Shown here piece by piece: positions 47,309-56,254 of a stretch of 64,000 nucleotides of DNA; the first letter of the stretch is position 1; the number at the start of each line of letters is the position of its first letter. The notes beneath the pieces are model-generated. The model was not told where the DNA came from. It did not search any database and was given only the letters and a program-made list of their open reading frames with translations. Source of the DNA: a virus (Duplodnaviria; Caudoviricetes); IMG/VR virus record IMGVR_UViG_3300027754_000037, one strand, 5' to 3'. The position numbers and the translations under genes were made by a program.

Positions 47309-47869
47309 TTATTCTTCCTTGGGTTTATAAAACTTGATATTTTTGTCGGCCCATTCGATGGCCATATGCGAGCCTCTGGTGAGTAGTCCCACGAGTTGAG
47401 TTGGGTTTCCGCTGCCTTCGATGGCGATATTGTCTCGTTCCGTGTTTTCGATCCAGACGAGTGCAAAGGTTAATCCGCTTCTTTGTTTGAGTTCGGTTGC
47501 CATTTGACGGATGGTGACGAGAGAGAGGTCTGGAAGTCCGAGTTCTGACTGTTTGGCTTTCTTGTCATCGCCTCCAGCGGACAGCATATTGTCGAGTTTT
47601 TTAGTGAGAAGGATGATGGCGTTAAGGGTGTTGTGGTCTTCGATGACGAGTTGGTAGGAGGTGTCTTTGGATTTGGAATTACCAGCAAGCACTATTAGGT
47701 TGCAGGCGTATTGTTCTTTAACTTCTTTGATCTGACTTGATATGGTAGCCAGAGTGTTTTCGTTATCTGTTTTGAAATGAATCCAGTTGTATTCTGTACT
47801 TTTGTCAATGATTTCAAGCCCCTCGAATTGGACGAGGGTTTTTGCGAGTTTTTCAAATTCCTTTTCCAT
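47309..47869 (-). CDS. Hypothetical protein
   Basis: 186 aa, GGAGG SD. Confidence 0.7.
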   Translation of the reverse strand: MEKEFEKLAKTLVQFEGLEIIDKSTEYNWIHFKTDNENTLATISSQIKEVKEQYACNLIVLAGNSKSKDTSYQLVIEDHNTLNAIILLTKKLDNMLSAGGDDKKAKQSELGLPDLSLVTIRQMATELKQRSGLTFALVWIENTERDNIAIEGSGNPTQLVGLLTRGSHMAIEWADKNIKFYKPKEE

Positions 47870-47872
47870 TTT

Positions 47873-48409
47873 TTAATCCTCCAAGATACCGGCATCGTTG
47901 AGTGAGCGTGCAAGTTTTATTAGGTGCTTGCACATACCCGGAAGTTCGAGCGGATTGCTTGAACCCGGATTTGTTTTCGCCTCGTACTTCTTCCTGACTG
48001 TGCCGTACAGCGACTTATCTTTTTTGTCTTCAAAATTGAAACGATAATAAAAATCGCTACAGTTACAACGAAGGGCTACTTCGTTGTTGGCATTAAGTTT
48101 GTCGAAAAAGTAATTGCGTCCATCGCTTGCGACTATTTCCACCCAATTCCGATTATCTTTGGAGTTGTGATAATTCACTTTTTTGAAGAGAATTATTGGG
48201 TTGTATTCCTTACCATTTCCTTCGTTCTTCGCCAGACCTTTGACGAATAATGTTCTGACACCCTTGTAGGGTAGCCAATTCATTTGTTTGATAACAATTT
48301 CATCGATTGAGTGTTGTCTTTTAGCTGTTTTGGGAAAAGCCTGTACTGTAGATTTGTATAAATCGTACAGGTTGGATTCCTTGATCAACAGATAATCGTT
48401 GAAATTCAT
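47873..48409 (-). CDS. SWIM zinc-finger protein with CTS-like N-terminus
   Basis: MNFNDYLLIKE; RCNCSDF...MCKH; TGTAAATA 4 nt upstream. Confidence 0.75.
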   Translation of the reverse strand: MNFNDYLLIKESNLYDLYKSTVQAFPKTAKRQHSIDEIVIKQMNWLPYKGVRTLFVKGLAKNEGNGKEYNPIILFKKVNYHNSKDNRNWVEIVASDGRNYFFDKLNANNEVALRCNCSDFYYRFNFEDKKDKSLYGTVRKKYEAKTNPGSSNPLELPGMCKHLIKLARSLNDAGILED

Positions 48410-48495
48410 GTAGTATTTACACATTTCCTGATTATTTCGTAAACAGCATACTTAATTATCGTTGATAATGGTGAAATTAATGTTTGAGGTGCATC

Positions 48496-48792
48496 GTGAG
48501 TGAAGAGCAGCCTGAATTGACACCTGAACAGTTGGGCAAGAAAAGTTTTGAAGTGCGTTATGGGATGGGCAAGAATAGCACGATTGAGAAGGCTATTTTC
48601 ATAGATGGTGAGTTATTGGATTGGCGTGTGGACATGAGCACTTACTTGGATGCAATGAAAATGGGTCCAATGTACATGAGGGAAATTCAAAAAGACATTG
48701 AGAAACACTTTATTGAGTCTGTATCCGACTTTTTGGGTCGGAATGTGACTGTAGAGGACATCAAGCAGGCCACGAAGAGTGGCTGGATTTGA
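48496..48792 (+). CDS. Hypothetical protein
   Basis: GAGGTG SD before GTG 48496. Confidence 0.65.
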   Translation: MSEEQPELTPEQLGKKSFEVRYGMGKNSTIEKAIFIDGELLDWRVDMSTYLDAMKMGPMYMREIQKDIEKHFIESVSDFLGRNVTVEDIKQATKSGWI

Positions 48793-48795
48793 GAC

Positions 48796-48895
48796 ATTTC
48801 CCTGTAATTGTTTACTAGTATGTTTTTGAAACCGAATGGGGGTGATTTCTTTATATACATCCTGCGAAGGGAAATAGACGCAGCTTAGTAAACAA
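48796..48895 (+). ncRNA. Candidate structured RNA (unclassified)
   Basis: 10-bp closing stem 48808..48817/48886..48895, inner hairpins, 8-bp loop-to-5' pairing; no family recognised. Confidence 0.3.
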
Positions 48896-48899
48896 AGTA

Positions 48900-48938
48900 A
48901 GGCTGGCTGATTTATTTCAGCCAGCCTCTTCTTTTTTA
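48900..48938. terminator. Terminator hairpin
   Basis: AGGCTGGCTGA-TTTATT-TCAGCCAGCCT then T-rich run. Confidence 0.85.
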
Positions 48939-50432
48939 TTCGTGGAACATCCAACTGGTCTTTTTTCTATAAGCTCCGTAAATCGACTCCATGAAAGCCT
49001 CATCATCATCGTATTTTGTCCAACTTTTATCGGTTGGTGTTGTTTCAGGCGGTTCAAAAGCAGGAGCTTTAGGAGGTGTTACACCTGTGACATATTGTCT
49101 AAATAGGGCTTTTTCATGATCGGATAATTTTATCCATGTATAGCTTTTTCGGAGATCTATAAATTCTCCTAATTTACGAGGGTCTCTGAATTCTATTGTG
49201 CCATAGTTTATAGCCATACCATTTTCGGGTTCCTTACGAAGACTTTCATAAATTTCCCTAAGTTTATCGTCTGTTATATCGGGTACTGGCTGTTTTCCAC
49301 CTTCAGGTTGACCTTTGGGAGCCATTACACCTGTGACATATTGTCTGAATAGTGCATGTTGATCAGAACTCAGATTGCCCCAGACATTTGCTTTGTTTTC
49401 ATCGATGAACTTTTCGGCCTCTGGTGAAGTATCTTTGAGTACGATATTTTTATTGTTATATGTTGGTTGTTGGCCTTGTCTTACTTTCTCCCAAATATTT
49501 GCGAGCTCTGTTTCTGAAATGCTTTCAGGCGCAATTTCTCCTCCGGGTTGTTCTCCTCCGGGTTGTTCTGCGGGAGCTTGCTGTTGTTGTTGTTTAATGT
49601 TTTTAAGAGTAAATTTTATAAAATGTGCATATTTTGCGAAATCTCGATGAGGTGCGCTGCCGGAAAATTGCAAAGTTTTTTCCATAGCATCGATTTTTGC
49701 GAGCACATTATCGATTGATTTGCGTGCATTTTCTTGGTCGATTTGTGTGCCTTTTTCTTGCCAACCAGTATGAAAACCTTTATTGCCCATCCAACTCATA
49801 ACTCCAGAGCCTAATTGGCGTGCGTAGTCCCACAATCCTTCGTTGAGTTCTTTGCCTTGAAGATTTGCGATATAGAACTCATAAACTATTTCTGGGGACA
49901 TGCCAAATCTTGTAATATCTTTGAGTGTTTGGCGAATTTCATTCTTGATTTTTGCTTTGCTTGATACCGATTCAGGTAGATATGGGTTATTATGGACGGT
50001 GTGATCCTTAACCTCTTCTTTCTCAGCGCCGAAAATTTTGAGACTGTTGATCAGTCCCATGATTGTATCGTTGAATCTGGGGTTATTGATTTGTTGTTGG
50101 AGTGTAGACGACCTTTGAAATCTTGCTGAAAAATCGCTGAGTGCAGATTGAAGTTCCGAGGATGCTTTTTGGACATTATTTTGGCCGAATCCGAATAACT
50201 CAGAGAAAACATCGTTGGGATTGATATTCTTTTGTACAAAATGGAGTTGATGTTGAAGCCACTTTTGTGCAGATTCTTGGAGTTCATTTCTTTGCTGATA
50301 GTGGATTCCATTTGAGAAGTACCATTCAACAAATTTTTTGGGGCTTACGCCAGCTTGCTCCATGAGATCAAGACAATTTTGCAAATTTTTTATATGGTTT
50401 GTAAAACGAAGACTTTCAGAAAATGTTTTCAT
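48936..50432 (-). CDS. Modular hypothetical protein with internal duplications
   Basis: MKTFSESL; two ALFRQYVTGV repeats 82 aa apart; GAGG SD. Confidence 0.75.
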   Translation of the reverse strand: MKTFSESLRFTNHIKNLQNCLDLMEQAGVSPKKFVEWYFSNGIHYQQRNELQESAQKWLQHQLHFVQKNINPNDVFSELFGFGQNNVQKASSELQSALSDFSARFQRSSTLQQQINNPRFNDTIMGLINSLKIFGAEKEEVKDHTVHNNPYLPESVSSKAKIKNEIRQTLKDITRFGMSPEIVYEFYIANLQGKELNEGLWDYARQLGSGVMSWMGNKGFHTGWQEKGTQIDQENARKSIDNVLAKIDAMEKTLQFSGSAPHRDFAKYAHFIKFTLKNIKQQQQQAPAEQPGGEQPGGEIAPESISETELANIWEKVRQGQQPTYNNKNIVLKDTSPEAEKFIDENKANVWGNLSSDQHALFRQYVTGVMAPKGQPEGGKQPVPDITDDKLREIYESLRKEPENGMAINYGTIEFRDPRKLGEFIDLRKSYTWIKLSDHEKALFRQYVTGVTPPKAPAFEPPETTPTDKSWTKYDDDEAFMESIYGAYRKKTSWMFHE

Positions 50433-50479
50433 GCTTCCTCACCTAGAACTGTCGTTATTTTATATATTTAGTGAGGCTT

Positions 50480-50519
50480 AAAATAAAACACCCGTTCTTT
50501 GGGAACGGGTATTTTATTT
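50480..50519. terminator. Terminator-like hairpin
   Basis: ACCCGTTC / GAACGGGT core with A- and T-rich flanks. Confidence 0.7.
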
Positions 50520-50534
50520 AATTTTGAATTAAAC

Positions 50535-50768
50535 TTAGACGATCCAGTTTCCACCAGCGCCATTGCTGTAGTCGGTGGGATCTTCAGGAGTGTCGGTGAA
50601 AGCCTCTCCGTCGAGCAGTTCGAGGACCTTACGGCCACCGTCAGAGTCAACGGTCTCGAGGTAAGCGGTGCGTTGAATGGAAACGCCACTCACGACTGCT
50701 GTGTCGAGAGAGCCTTCGCTGGCCAGATTGACCAAAGAAGGGGTGAGTTGAATAGTGTAACTTGCCAT
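50535..50768 (-). CDS. Small putative virion protein, related to N-terminus of 3963 gene
   Basis: AAGGA SD, CATATATA at 50805..50812, C-ending codons, SIQRT...L.DGE.FTD. Confidence 0.65.
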   Translation of the reverse strand: MASYTIQLTPSLVNLASEGSLDTAVVSGVSIQRTAYLETVDSDGGRKVLELLDGEAFTDTPEDPTDYSNGAGGNWIV

Positions 50769-50829
50769 GTTTGTGTTCCTTTTTGCAAAAAGATTTTAAC
50801 AGATTATATATGCTTATTATCTCAAATTC

Positions 50830-51378
50830 TTAACTAAGGGGTTTCAGAGTAAAATTAAATTGTCTTTCACCCGGTTTTTTCGCACTTGCATTCGTATACA
50901 GGGTCACGCAGACATTCTTGCTTACCGGATCAAATGCCACTATTTTCCAATCTGGACTGGTTAGCAGCATCCTACGGGGCATGATTTCCTCGTAGTAAAT
51001 CCAAGTCTTGTTATTTATGTACTTGTAGATATTATTATACATCAAATACTTTGCTGTTGATGTATTTTTGATTAATTTTACGGTTTTAATGGAAACATTA
51101 TTGACGATCATTTTAGTTTTATTGATATCAACGACTTCGCCTTGGTTTGTCAATTTGAAGGATGGCCTGAGGTATGAATCGGCGTAGCTCCATGCGTTAG
51201 AATCGACTTTTTCTTGTAAAACTTGATTATATGCTGCTGCTGCTATGGGGCTTAGATCTATGATTTTTCCCGTGTTTACTACGATAGTTTTACTGCGATC
51301 TAGTTTGGAATCCAGCATGGCCAAAAGTGTTTCTTTGGCAAGTTTTTCGTAGGTTGTACAAGGTTGTTTGTAAATCAT
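50830..51378 (-). CDS. Hypothetical protein
   Basis: 182-aa ORF. Confidence 0.6.
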   Translation of the reverse strand: MIYKQPCTTYEKLAKETLLAMLDSKLDRSKTIVVNTGKIIDLSPIAAAAYNQVLQEKVDSNAWSYADSYLRPSFKLTNQGEVVDINKTKMIVNNVSIKTVKLIKNTSTAKYLMYNNIYKYINNKTWIYYEEIMPRRMLLTSPDWKIVAFDPVSKNVCVTLYTNASAKKPGERQFNFTLKPLS

Positions 51379-51413
51379 AAGGTTTTTTCTCTACTACTAC
51401 AGGTATTTAGGCT

Positions 51414-51629
51414 ATGACCGAACAAAACGAAGACTGCTATTTTTGGGTTGACATTTCTCTGCCTGAGGCGGAGCGTGTCGTAAATGCCATGTGCGTCAAT
51501 TGTCATGACACCAATCCAACCAAGGGCTGGCTTTGGGAAGGATCGAATAGGGGTTACGGCCCCCACGAAATGACTTGTGATGTTTGTGGTCACATCATAT
51601 ATCAACCACCAGTTCTGAGGCCACAATGA
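51414..51629 (+). CDS. Small zinc-ribbon protein
   Basis: MCVNCH and TCDVCG. Confidence 0.65.
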   Translation: MTEQNEDCYFWVDISLPEAERVVNAMCVNCHDTNPTKGWLWEGSNRGYGPHEMTCDVCGHIIYQPPVLRPQ

Positions 51630-52381
51630 AGCAATTGCGTCCCATCATAAAATTAAACAACGAGAAGTATGCCTTGCGTGATTGGATTTTGTCGCAATTT
51701 CCAGAAAATTACGAGGCAATGACATATGTCGAACCCTACGGTGGCAGCGCAGACATTCTTTTTTGCAAAAACAGGTCCACCACAGAAATCATCAATGATA
51801 GAGATGTAGAAATCGTCAATATTCTGCGAGCGGTCAGAGATGAATCCAGCGAATTAGTCAAAAGGTTGAGCGCTTTTAAAACTGTTGCAGATGTCTTTGA
51901 AAAAGTAAATAAAAAGAAGAATTTTGATGACTATCTGGACCACGCCACTCACGACCTATACCTAAGAAAAATCAGCAGAAATGGAAATAAAAGCCAATTT
52001 TCTAAACCGAGTAGTCCTACAATTTGGAAGAATAACATCAAATCAATTAATGATTATAGCATAAGATTGCAAGATGTTTATCTTTTTTGTAAACCTGCTT
52101 TAGAAGTTATCTATGCTTTTAACTGTGAGGACACATTTTTGTATTGTGATCCATCGTATTTGATAGACAACAAGGTATCGAAGACGGTTTACACATCAGA
52201 TATGCCACCTGAAGATCATATTGAGTTGAGCAGGTTTTTGAATGACTTTTCTGGCAAGGTTGTTTTAAGTGGTGTGATGTCACCTTTATACGCCAGACTT
52301 TACAAGAATTGGAACATGTCGAAGAAGCGTATTGCGACAGGCAAAGAGAAAAGAACAGAGATTATCTGGAAGAATTTTTAG
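51626..52381 (+). CDS. Dam-like (D12) DNA adenine methyltransferase, variant catalytic motif
   Basis: YVEPYGGSA, EIIND.D, LYCDPSY, H.EL...L....GKVVLS, KRTE.IW.NF. Confidence 0.85.
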   Translation: MKQLRPIIKLNNEKYALRDWILSQFPENYEAMTYVEPYGGSADILFCKNRSTTEIINDRDVEIVNILRAVRDESSELVKRLSAFKTVADVFEKVNKKKNFDDYLDHATHDLYLRKISRNGNKSQFSKPSSPTIWKNNIKSINDYSIRLQDVYLFCKPALEVIYAFNCEDTFLYCDPSYLIDNKVSKTVYTSDMPPEDHIELSRFLNDFSGKVVLSGVMSPLYARLYKNWNMSKKRIATGKEKRTEIIWKNF

Positions 52382-52429
52382 TCGCCCAACTTGCATAGAT
52401 AAATCTCACAAAAAGTGGGAGGTCGATGC

Positions 52430-52990
52430 GTGTTAAGTTTTTTTCAAATGTGCGAAGTTTTAGAAAACTACATCGGCTACACAATTTACTGTGATTTAGA
52501 TGGAGTATTGGTCGATCTAGAAAGAGGCGTAAGAGAAAATCTTGGCATGGGAAGTCCCATGAGTAGACTTGAGATGGTGAGATCTTTGGCGAGGATGAGG
52601 CGCAATAGTGATGAAGAGTTGGTGGAATTTTTCGCAAATTTGCCTTGGACTGAGGATGGGGAAAGATTATGGACATATCTAACGCCTTACGAGCCTTTGA
52701 TTTTGACAGGCGGAGCGGAAGAAGCCAATGCGATTGGAGCAGGCAAAAACAGATGGGTACAGAGAAATCTTGGAATATCTGCAAGTAAAATTATTCACGA
52801 GAGTAACAAATCTAAGTTTGCGGGTCCAAATAAAATTATAATTGATGATTATGACAAGAATGCCCGAGATTTCACTTCTGCTGGTGGCATAGGAATTTTA
52901 CATACCAATACAGGTAACACGATTTCGCAGCTTAAAAACATTATTGTTGGTCAAATAAAGCCTAATCTTAGTGTGAGGGGGTTATCATGA
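52430..52990 (+). CDS. HAD-family 5'(3')-deoxyribonucleotidase-like
   Basis: IYCDLDGVLVD, ILTG, GK..W, IIDDY..N, GGIGILH; GTG 52430 is 7 nt after GGAGG. Confidence 0.85.
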   Translation: MLSFFQMCEVLENYIGYTIYCDLDGVLVDLERGVRENLGMGSPMSRLEMVRSLARMRRNSDEELVEFFANLPWTEDGERLWTYLTPYEPLILTGGAEEANAIGAGKNRWVQRNLGISASKIIHESNKSKFAGPNKIIIDDYDKNARDFTSAGGIGILHTNTGNTISQLKNIIVGQIKPNLSVRGLS

Positions 52991-53205
52991 AGTGTGACAT
53001 GCCGGACTGTTGTAACGATTTTGTTAAAACTTATAAATTACATGGAATTTATGCGGGAGTGGCGCAAAAAGTCGAAGTGTATTTTTGCAATAATCACAAG
53101 ATCAATGAAATCAACAAAAGAATTGATGAAATATGCGATAACAAGATTTGTACTTTGCAGAATGTGAATCCATTTAAAGATGTGAAAATGCACATCAATT
53201 CATAG
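52987..53205 (+). CDS. Small Cys-containing protein
   Basis: CDMPDC, FCNNH; ATGA overlap. Confidence 0.6.
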   Translation: MKCDMPDCCNDFVKTYKLHGIYAGVAQKVEVYFCNNHKINEINKRIDEICDNKICTLQNVNPFKDVKMHINS

Positions 53206-53212
53206 ATAAAGC

Positions 53213-53419
53213 ATGAGGTCTTTTAAAGAATATCTATCAGACAAGCTTTCACATGACCAGCCTCCTAGTGCTGGCGATTTGGGAGACAATCACTCCAATG
53301 CTGACAGGAATTTTGGTCGTAGTGGCGCTAAGTCGAAGAATGTGATGTCCGGGGGGTCTAAGTCGATTAGTGATTTGAATCCAGATCGTTTATTTGGCAA
53401 AAAAAGGTTTAAAAAATGA
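53213..53419 (+). CDS. Small protein with CTS-like N-terminus
   Basis: MRSFKEYLSD; CATAGATA at 53201..53208. Confidence 0.7.
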   Translation: MRSFKEYLSDKLSHDQPPSAGDLGDNHSNADRNFGRSGAKSKNVMSGGSKSISDLNPDRLFGKKRFKK

Positions 53420-53721
53420 ATTTTCAAAGATTGTGGGAAAACATGAAGTTGGGGGAAGAGAAAAAGCAGTCTCCCGATGACAAGGCCATGTCTGCAATCA
53501 GAACTGGTTTGGGTTTGCGTGAAGACTTTTGGGATGATTTCAATCTGATTGTGAATAACGCAGAGGGGTTATCAGCCCTGTTGGACATACCTGTGGAGAA
53601 GATATCCACATGGCGCAGCAAAGTTGAAGAGGTTCTTGACAAGGTTCGTGAGGCAGATGGCCAAAGCGAAGTGGGCAAGAACAAGAAAATTGTTAAAACT
53701 GGAATATCGGTGGGAGAATAA
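53416..53721 (+). CDS. Hypothetical protein
   Basis: 101 aa, coupled by ATGA. Confidence 0.7.
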   Translation: MNFQRLWENMKLGEEKKQSPDDKAMSAIRTGLGLREDFWDDFNLIVNNAEGLSALLDIPVEKISTWRSKVEEVLDKVREADGQSEVGKNKKIVKTGISVGE

Positions 53722-54104
53722 TGAAAAATTTCCTTGAATTTATGCAGATGAAAGAAGACGATAACCAATCCCAAATTGCACCGGGGGGTCAAACTCCCTT
53801 GGGTCACGCATCTGGCGCTGGAGCACTACCTCAGACTGCTCCCGGTTCTCAACACGAGGAAAAAATCATAGAGGAATTGGGCAATTCTTTGCGCCGTGTT
53901 CTGGAAGAGAAATTATTTCCAGCTTTGGAAAAAAGCCATTTAAGCAAGACTAGTGCCATGAAACTGCTGCAAACAATAGTGAGTGAGGTTGCCAACAAGT
54001 TTGGATTGAGCGCATCGGCAGTTCAACAGACAGGCAAGAATGCTATGACTACGAATTCTGAGCCTCGGATGCCTGCTCCGAATCAACCAACGGCTGCTGG
54101 CTGA
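53721..54104 (+). CDS. Protein with CTS-like N-terminus
   Basis: MKNFLEFMQMKE; TAATG overlap. Confidence 0.7.
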   Translation: MKNFLEFMQMKEDDNQSQIAPGGQTPLGHASGAGALPQTAPGSQHEEKIIEELGNSLRRVLEEKLFPALEKSHLSKTSAMKLLQTIVSEVANKFGLSASAVQQTGKNAMTTNSEPRMPAPNQPTAAG

Positions 54105-54840
54105 GAAAATCCTTGATTTCTTCGTAATTGGCTATTTTTTGATATAGATTTTCATCATTGAGTTTATTGCTTGGACCCATGATGTCCTCAAGATGTTGCC
54201 AATTAATTATTTTGCAATTTAGGAAATCAAATATTCTTTGTATTTCTGCTTTCCAATTATCTGAATATAAGTCCTCGTAATAGACTTGGATGCCATTTTT
54301 GATTTTATCTTCGTAAATTTTTATGAGTTCAAAATTTTTTTTTGTGATTTCTAGGTTGACAAGAGGAACTGAACCCATTCTTTCGTACAAAAGCTGTAAG
54401 TCTCTATCTCTGTTGTCTTGTCTGATTGAGCCATTTTTATTTCTTTTTGTGGCGTGCCAAATTTCACTAATTTTAGCAACATGGAATGATAGGGCAGCAA
54501 GAGCTAAATCTTTTCTGGTGAGAAAAATTACAGGGTATTTTTCAAGAATTATTTCATTATTGATTTGACTCAATTGCAAGAAAATATGTTTAAAAACTTG
54601 GCATTTTTGAAAAATTTGATTGAAAACTTCAGTTGGTTTTTCAGTTTGGATTAATTTTGTGAATATGTTATCGAATTTGTCATCGTTATTTAAACAATTA
54701 GCACGATTGAATGGTTCATCGAATACTGATATTCCCTGTGATCTAAGTGCTTCTAGAAGACTTCTGCTCCCTGCCCTGTAATGTGTAAAAATAACAAAAT
54801 TTTTACGATTTACATATAACATAATTGTTTGTCGATCCAT
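54049..54840 (-). CDS. Stf0-like sulfotransferase
   Basis: THYRAGS..L, DEPFN, IFLTRKD....LSF..A...W, VYYEDL. Confidence 0.75.
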   Translation of the reverse strand: MDRQTIMLYVNRKNFVIFTHYRAGSRSLLEALRSQGISVFDEPFNRANCLNNDDKFDNIFTKLIQTEKPTEVFNQIFQKCQVFKHIFLQLSQINNEIILEKYPVIFLTRKDLALAALSFHVAKISEIWHATKRNKNGSIRQDNRDRDLQLLYERMGSVPLVNLEITKKNFELIKIYEDKIKNGIQVYYEDLYSDNWKAEIQRIFDFLNCKIINWQHLEDIMGPSNKLNDENLYQKIANYEEIKDFLSQQPLVDSEQASEAQNS

Positions 54841-54882
54841 TTAAACATGCCACAATCATATATAACTAAACATGGAGGTTTT

Positions 54883-55302
54883 ATGCAAAAATCATTGACA
54901 ACAGATGAAGTGCAGGAAGTTTTAAAAAGATTACAGAATTTTTTAGAAGATGCCAAGGGGCAATGGGCGACTGAAAATCCAACATCTAGCTCTTGGGTTC
55001 AGATCAACAAAACCAACTTGGTGAATGTGACTGTCTTTTTGCTGAATAAGACTGACGATTTGATTCAGTATGTTGAAACATTTATTTCATATGGCCCTGA
55101 CAAGAAAGCTGCGGCTCTTCTTATTCTTGCCAAATTATTCGATTCAATAGCAGGTTCTGCTTTTCCTATTTGGATCAAACCTTTTGTACCTACTATCAAA
55201 CAAATATTGATCAATATTGTTCTGGGCAATTTGATTGACTTTATCGTTTCCAAGTACAAGGGTGGTTTTTGGAAAATGGAGCAAAATGACGCAACAAAAT
55301 AA
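54883..55302 (+). CDS. Hypothetical, possibly membrane-associated
   Basis: GGAGG SD, CATATATA at 54857..54864; amphipathic C-terminal helices. Confidence 0.65.
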   Translation: MQKSLTTDEVQEVLKRLQNFLEDAKGQWATENPTSSSWVQINKTNLVNVTVFLLNKTDDLIQYVETFISYGPDKKAAALLILAKLFDSIAGSAFPIWIKPFVPTIKQILINIVLGNLIDFIVSKYKGGFWKMEQNDATK

Positions 55303-56236
55303 CACCATAGGGCTTTTGCCTTTTATTCGTGAAGATGTCTTGAGTGTTCAAGATGTTCAGCAAAAATCTGGATGGGAGATCACGGCGTTTGATCTACCTA
55401 ACGCTTGGAATTTCACCGAGGGCGAAGGCGTTAAGGTTGCAGTTCTTGATACTGGAGCGGATTTAAATCATCCCGATTTGAAAGACAATTTGCTTCCGGG
55501 GAAGAACTTTGTCGATACGAATAATCCACCGCAAGATGATAACGGCCACGGCAGTCATGTATCGGGAATTATTTGTGCACTTAACAATGATTTAGGAATT
55601 GTTGGCGTTGCTCCTAAGGCTAAAGTCGTGCCTGTTAAAGTATTGGACAGCAACGGAAACGGGACCTTACAAACAGTAGCTGCGGGCATTCGTTGGGCTG
55701 CTGATGCTGGAGTTGATTTTATCACGATGTCTTTAGGATCTCCCGAACCGACTCCTTCGATACATAGTGCGATTGTTTATGCTGCATCCAAGGGAATTGT
55801 GACATTTTGCGCTGCTGGCAACGCTGGCCAGACTAGACAAATTTTTTATCCCGCAGCTTATCCAGAAGCTGTTGGTATTGGAGCGATTGATGAAAATTTT
55901 AATCGTGCGAATTTTTCATGTACTGGCCCCGACCTAGACTTCTTGGCTCCCGGTGTGAAAATTTTGAGCACAGTTCCCGTCAATTGGTACTCTGTATTGT
56001 CTGGTACGAGCATGGCGAATCCATTTGCGGTGGGCATTGCATGTTTGATGCTTTCTCACAAGCGCAAGCACAATTTGAAAATTAAGCTTGAAACAGCACA
56101 AGATTATATCGAAATGCTAAAAAGCTACACGATTCCCACCAGCGATCCTGAATTTGCTGGAAAACACTTCTTTGAGGGTTTTGGAATTATTGATGCACGC
56201 AAAATGAATGAGTGGATCAAAACCAACAAAGACTGA
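55286..56236 (+). CDS. S8 subtilisin-like serine protease
   Basis: VAVLDTG, HGSHVSG, AAGN, GTSMANP; no signal peptide. Confidence 0.95.
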   Translation: MTQQNNTIGLLPFIREDVLSVQDVQQKSGWEITAFDLPNAWNFTEGEGVKVAVLDTGADLNHPDLKDNLLPGKNFVDTNNPPQDDNGHGSHVSGIICALNNDLGIVGVAPKAKVVPVKVLDSNGNGTLQTVAAGIRWAADAGVDFITMSLGSPEPTPSIHSAIVYAASKGIVTFCAAGNAGQTRQIFYPAAYPEAVGIGAIDENFNRANFSCTGPDLDFLAPGVKILSTVPVNWYSVLSGTSMANPFAVGIACLMLSHKRKHNLKIKLETAQDYIEMLKSYTIPTSDPEFAGKHFFEGFGIIDARKMNEWIKTNKD

Positions 56237-56254
56237 TTTTGTTCCCAAGGGAAA

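Noticed and set aside
50499-50837. 112-aa plus-strand ORF
   Set aside because: The minus-strand ORF has SD, late-like promoter, terminator and a paralogue
52426-52450. Programmed frameshift at the T7 run before the HAD gene
   Set aside because: ATG 52426 is only 3 nt from GGAGG; in-frame GTG 52430 has 7-nt spacing and needs no shift
54883-55302. Holin
   Set aside because: No clear full-length TM helix and no endolysin nearby
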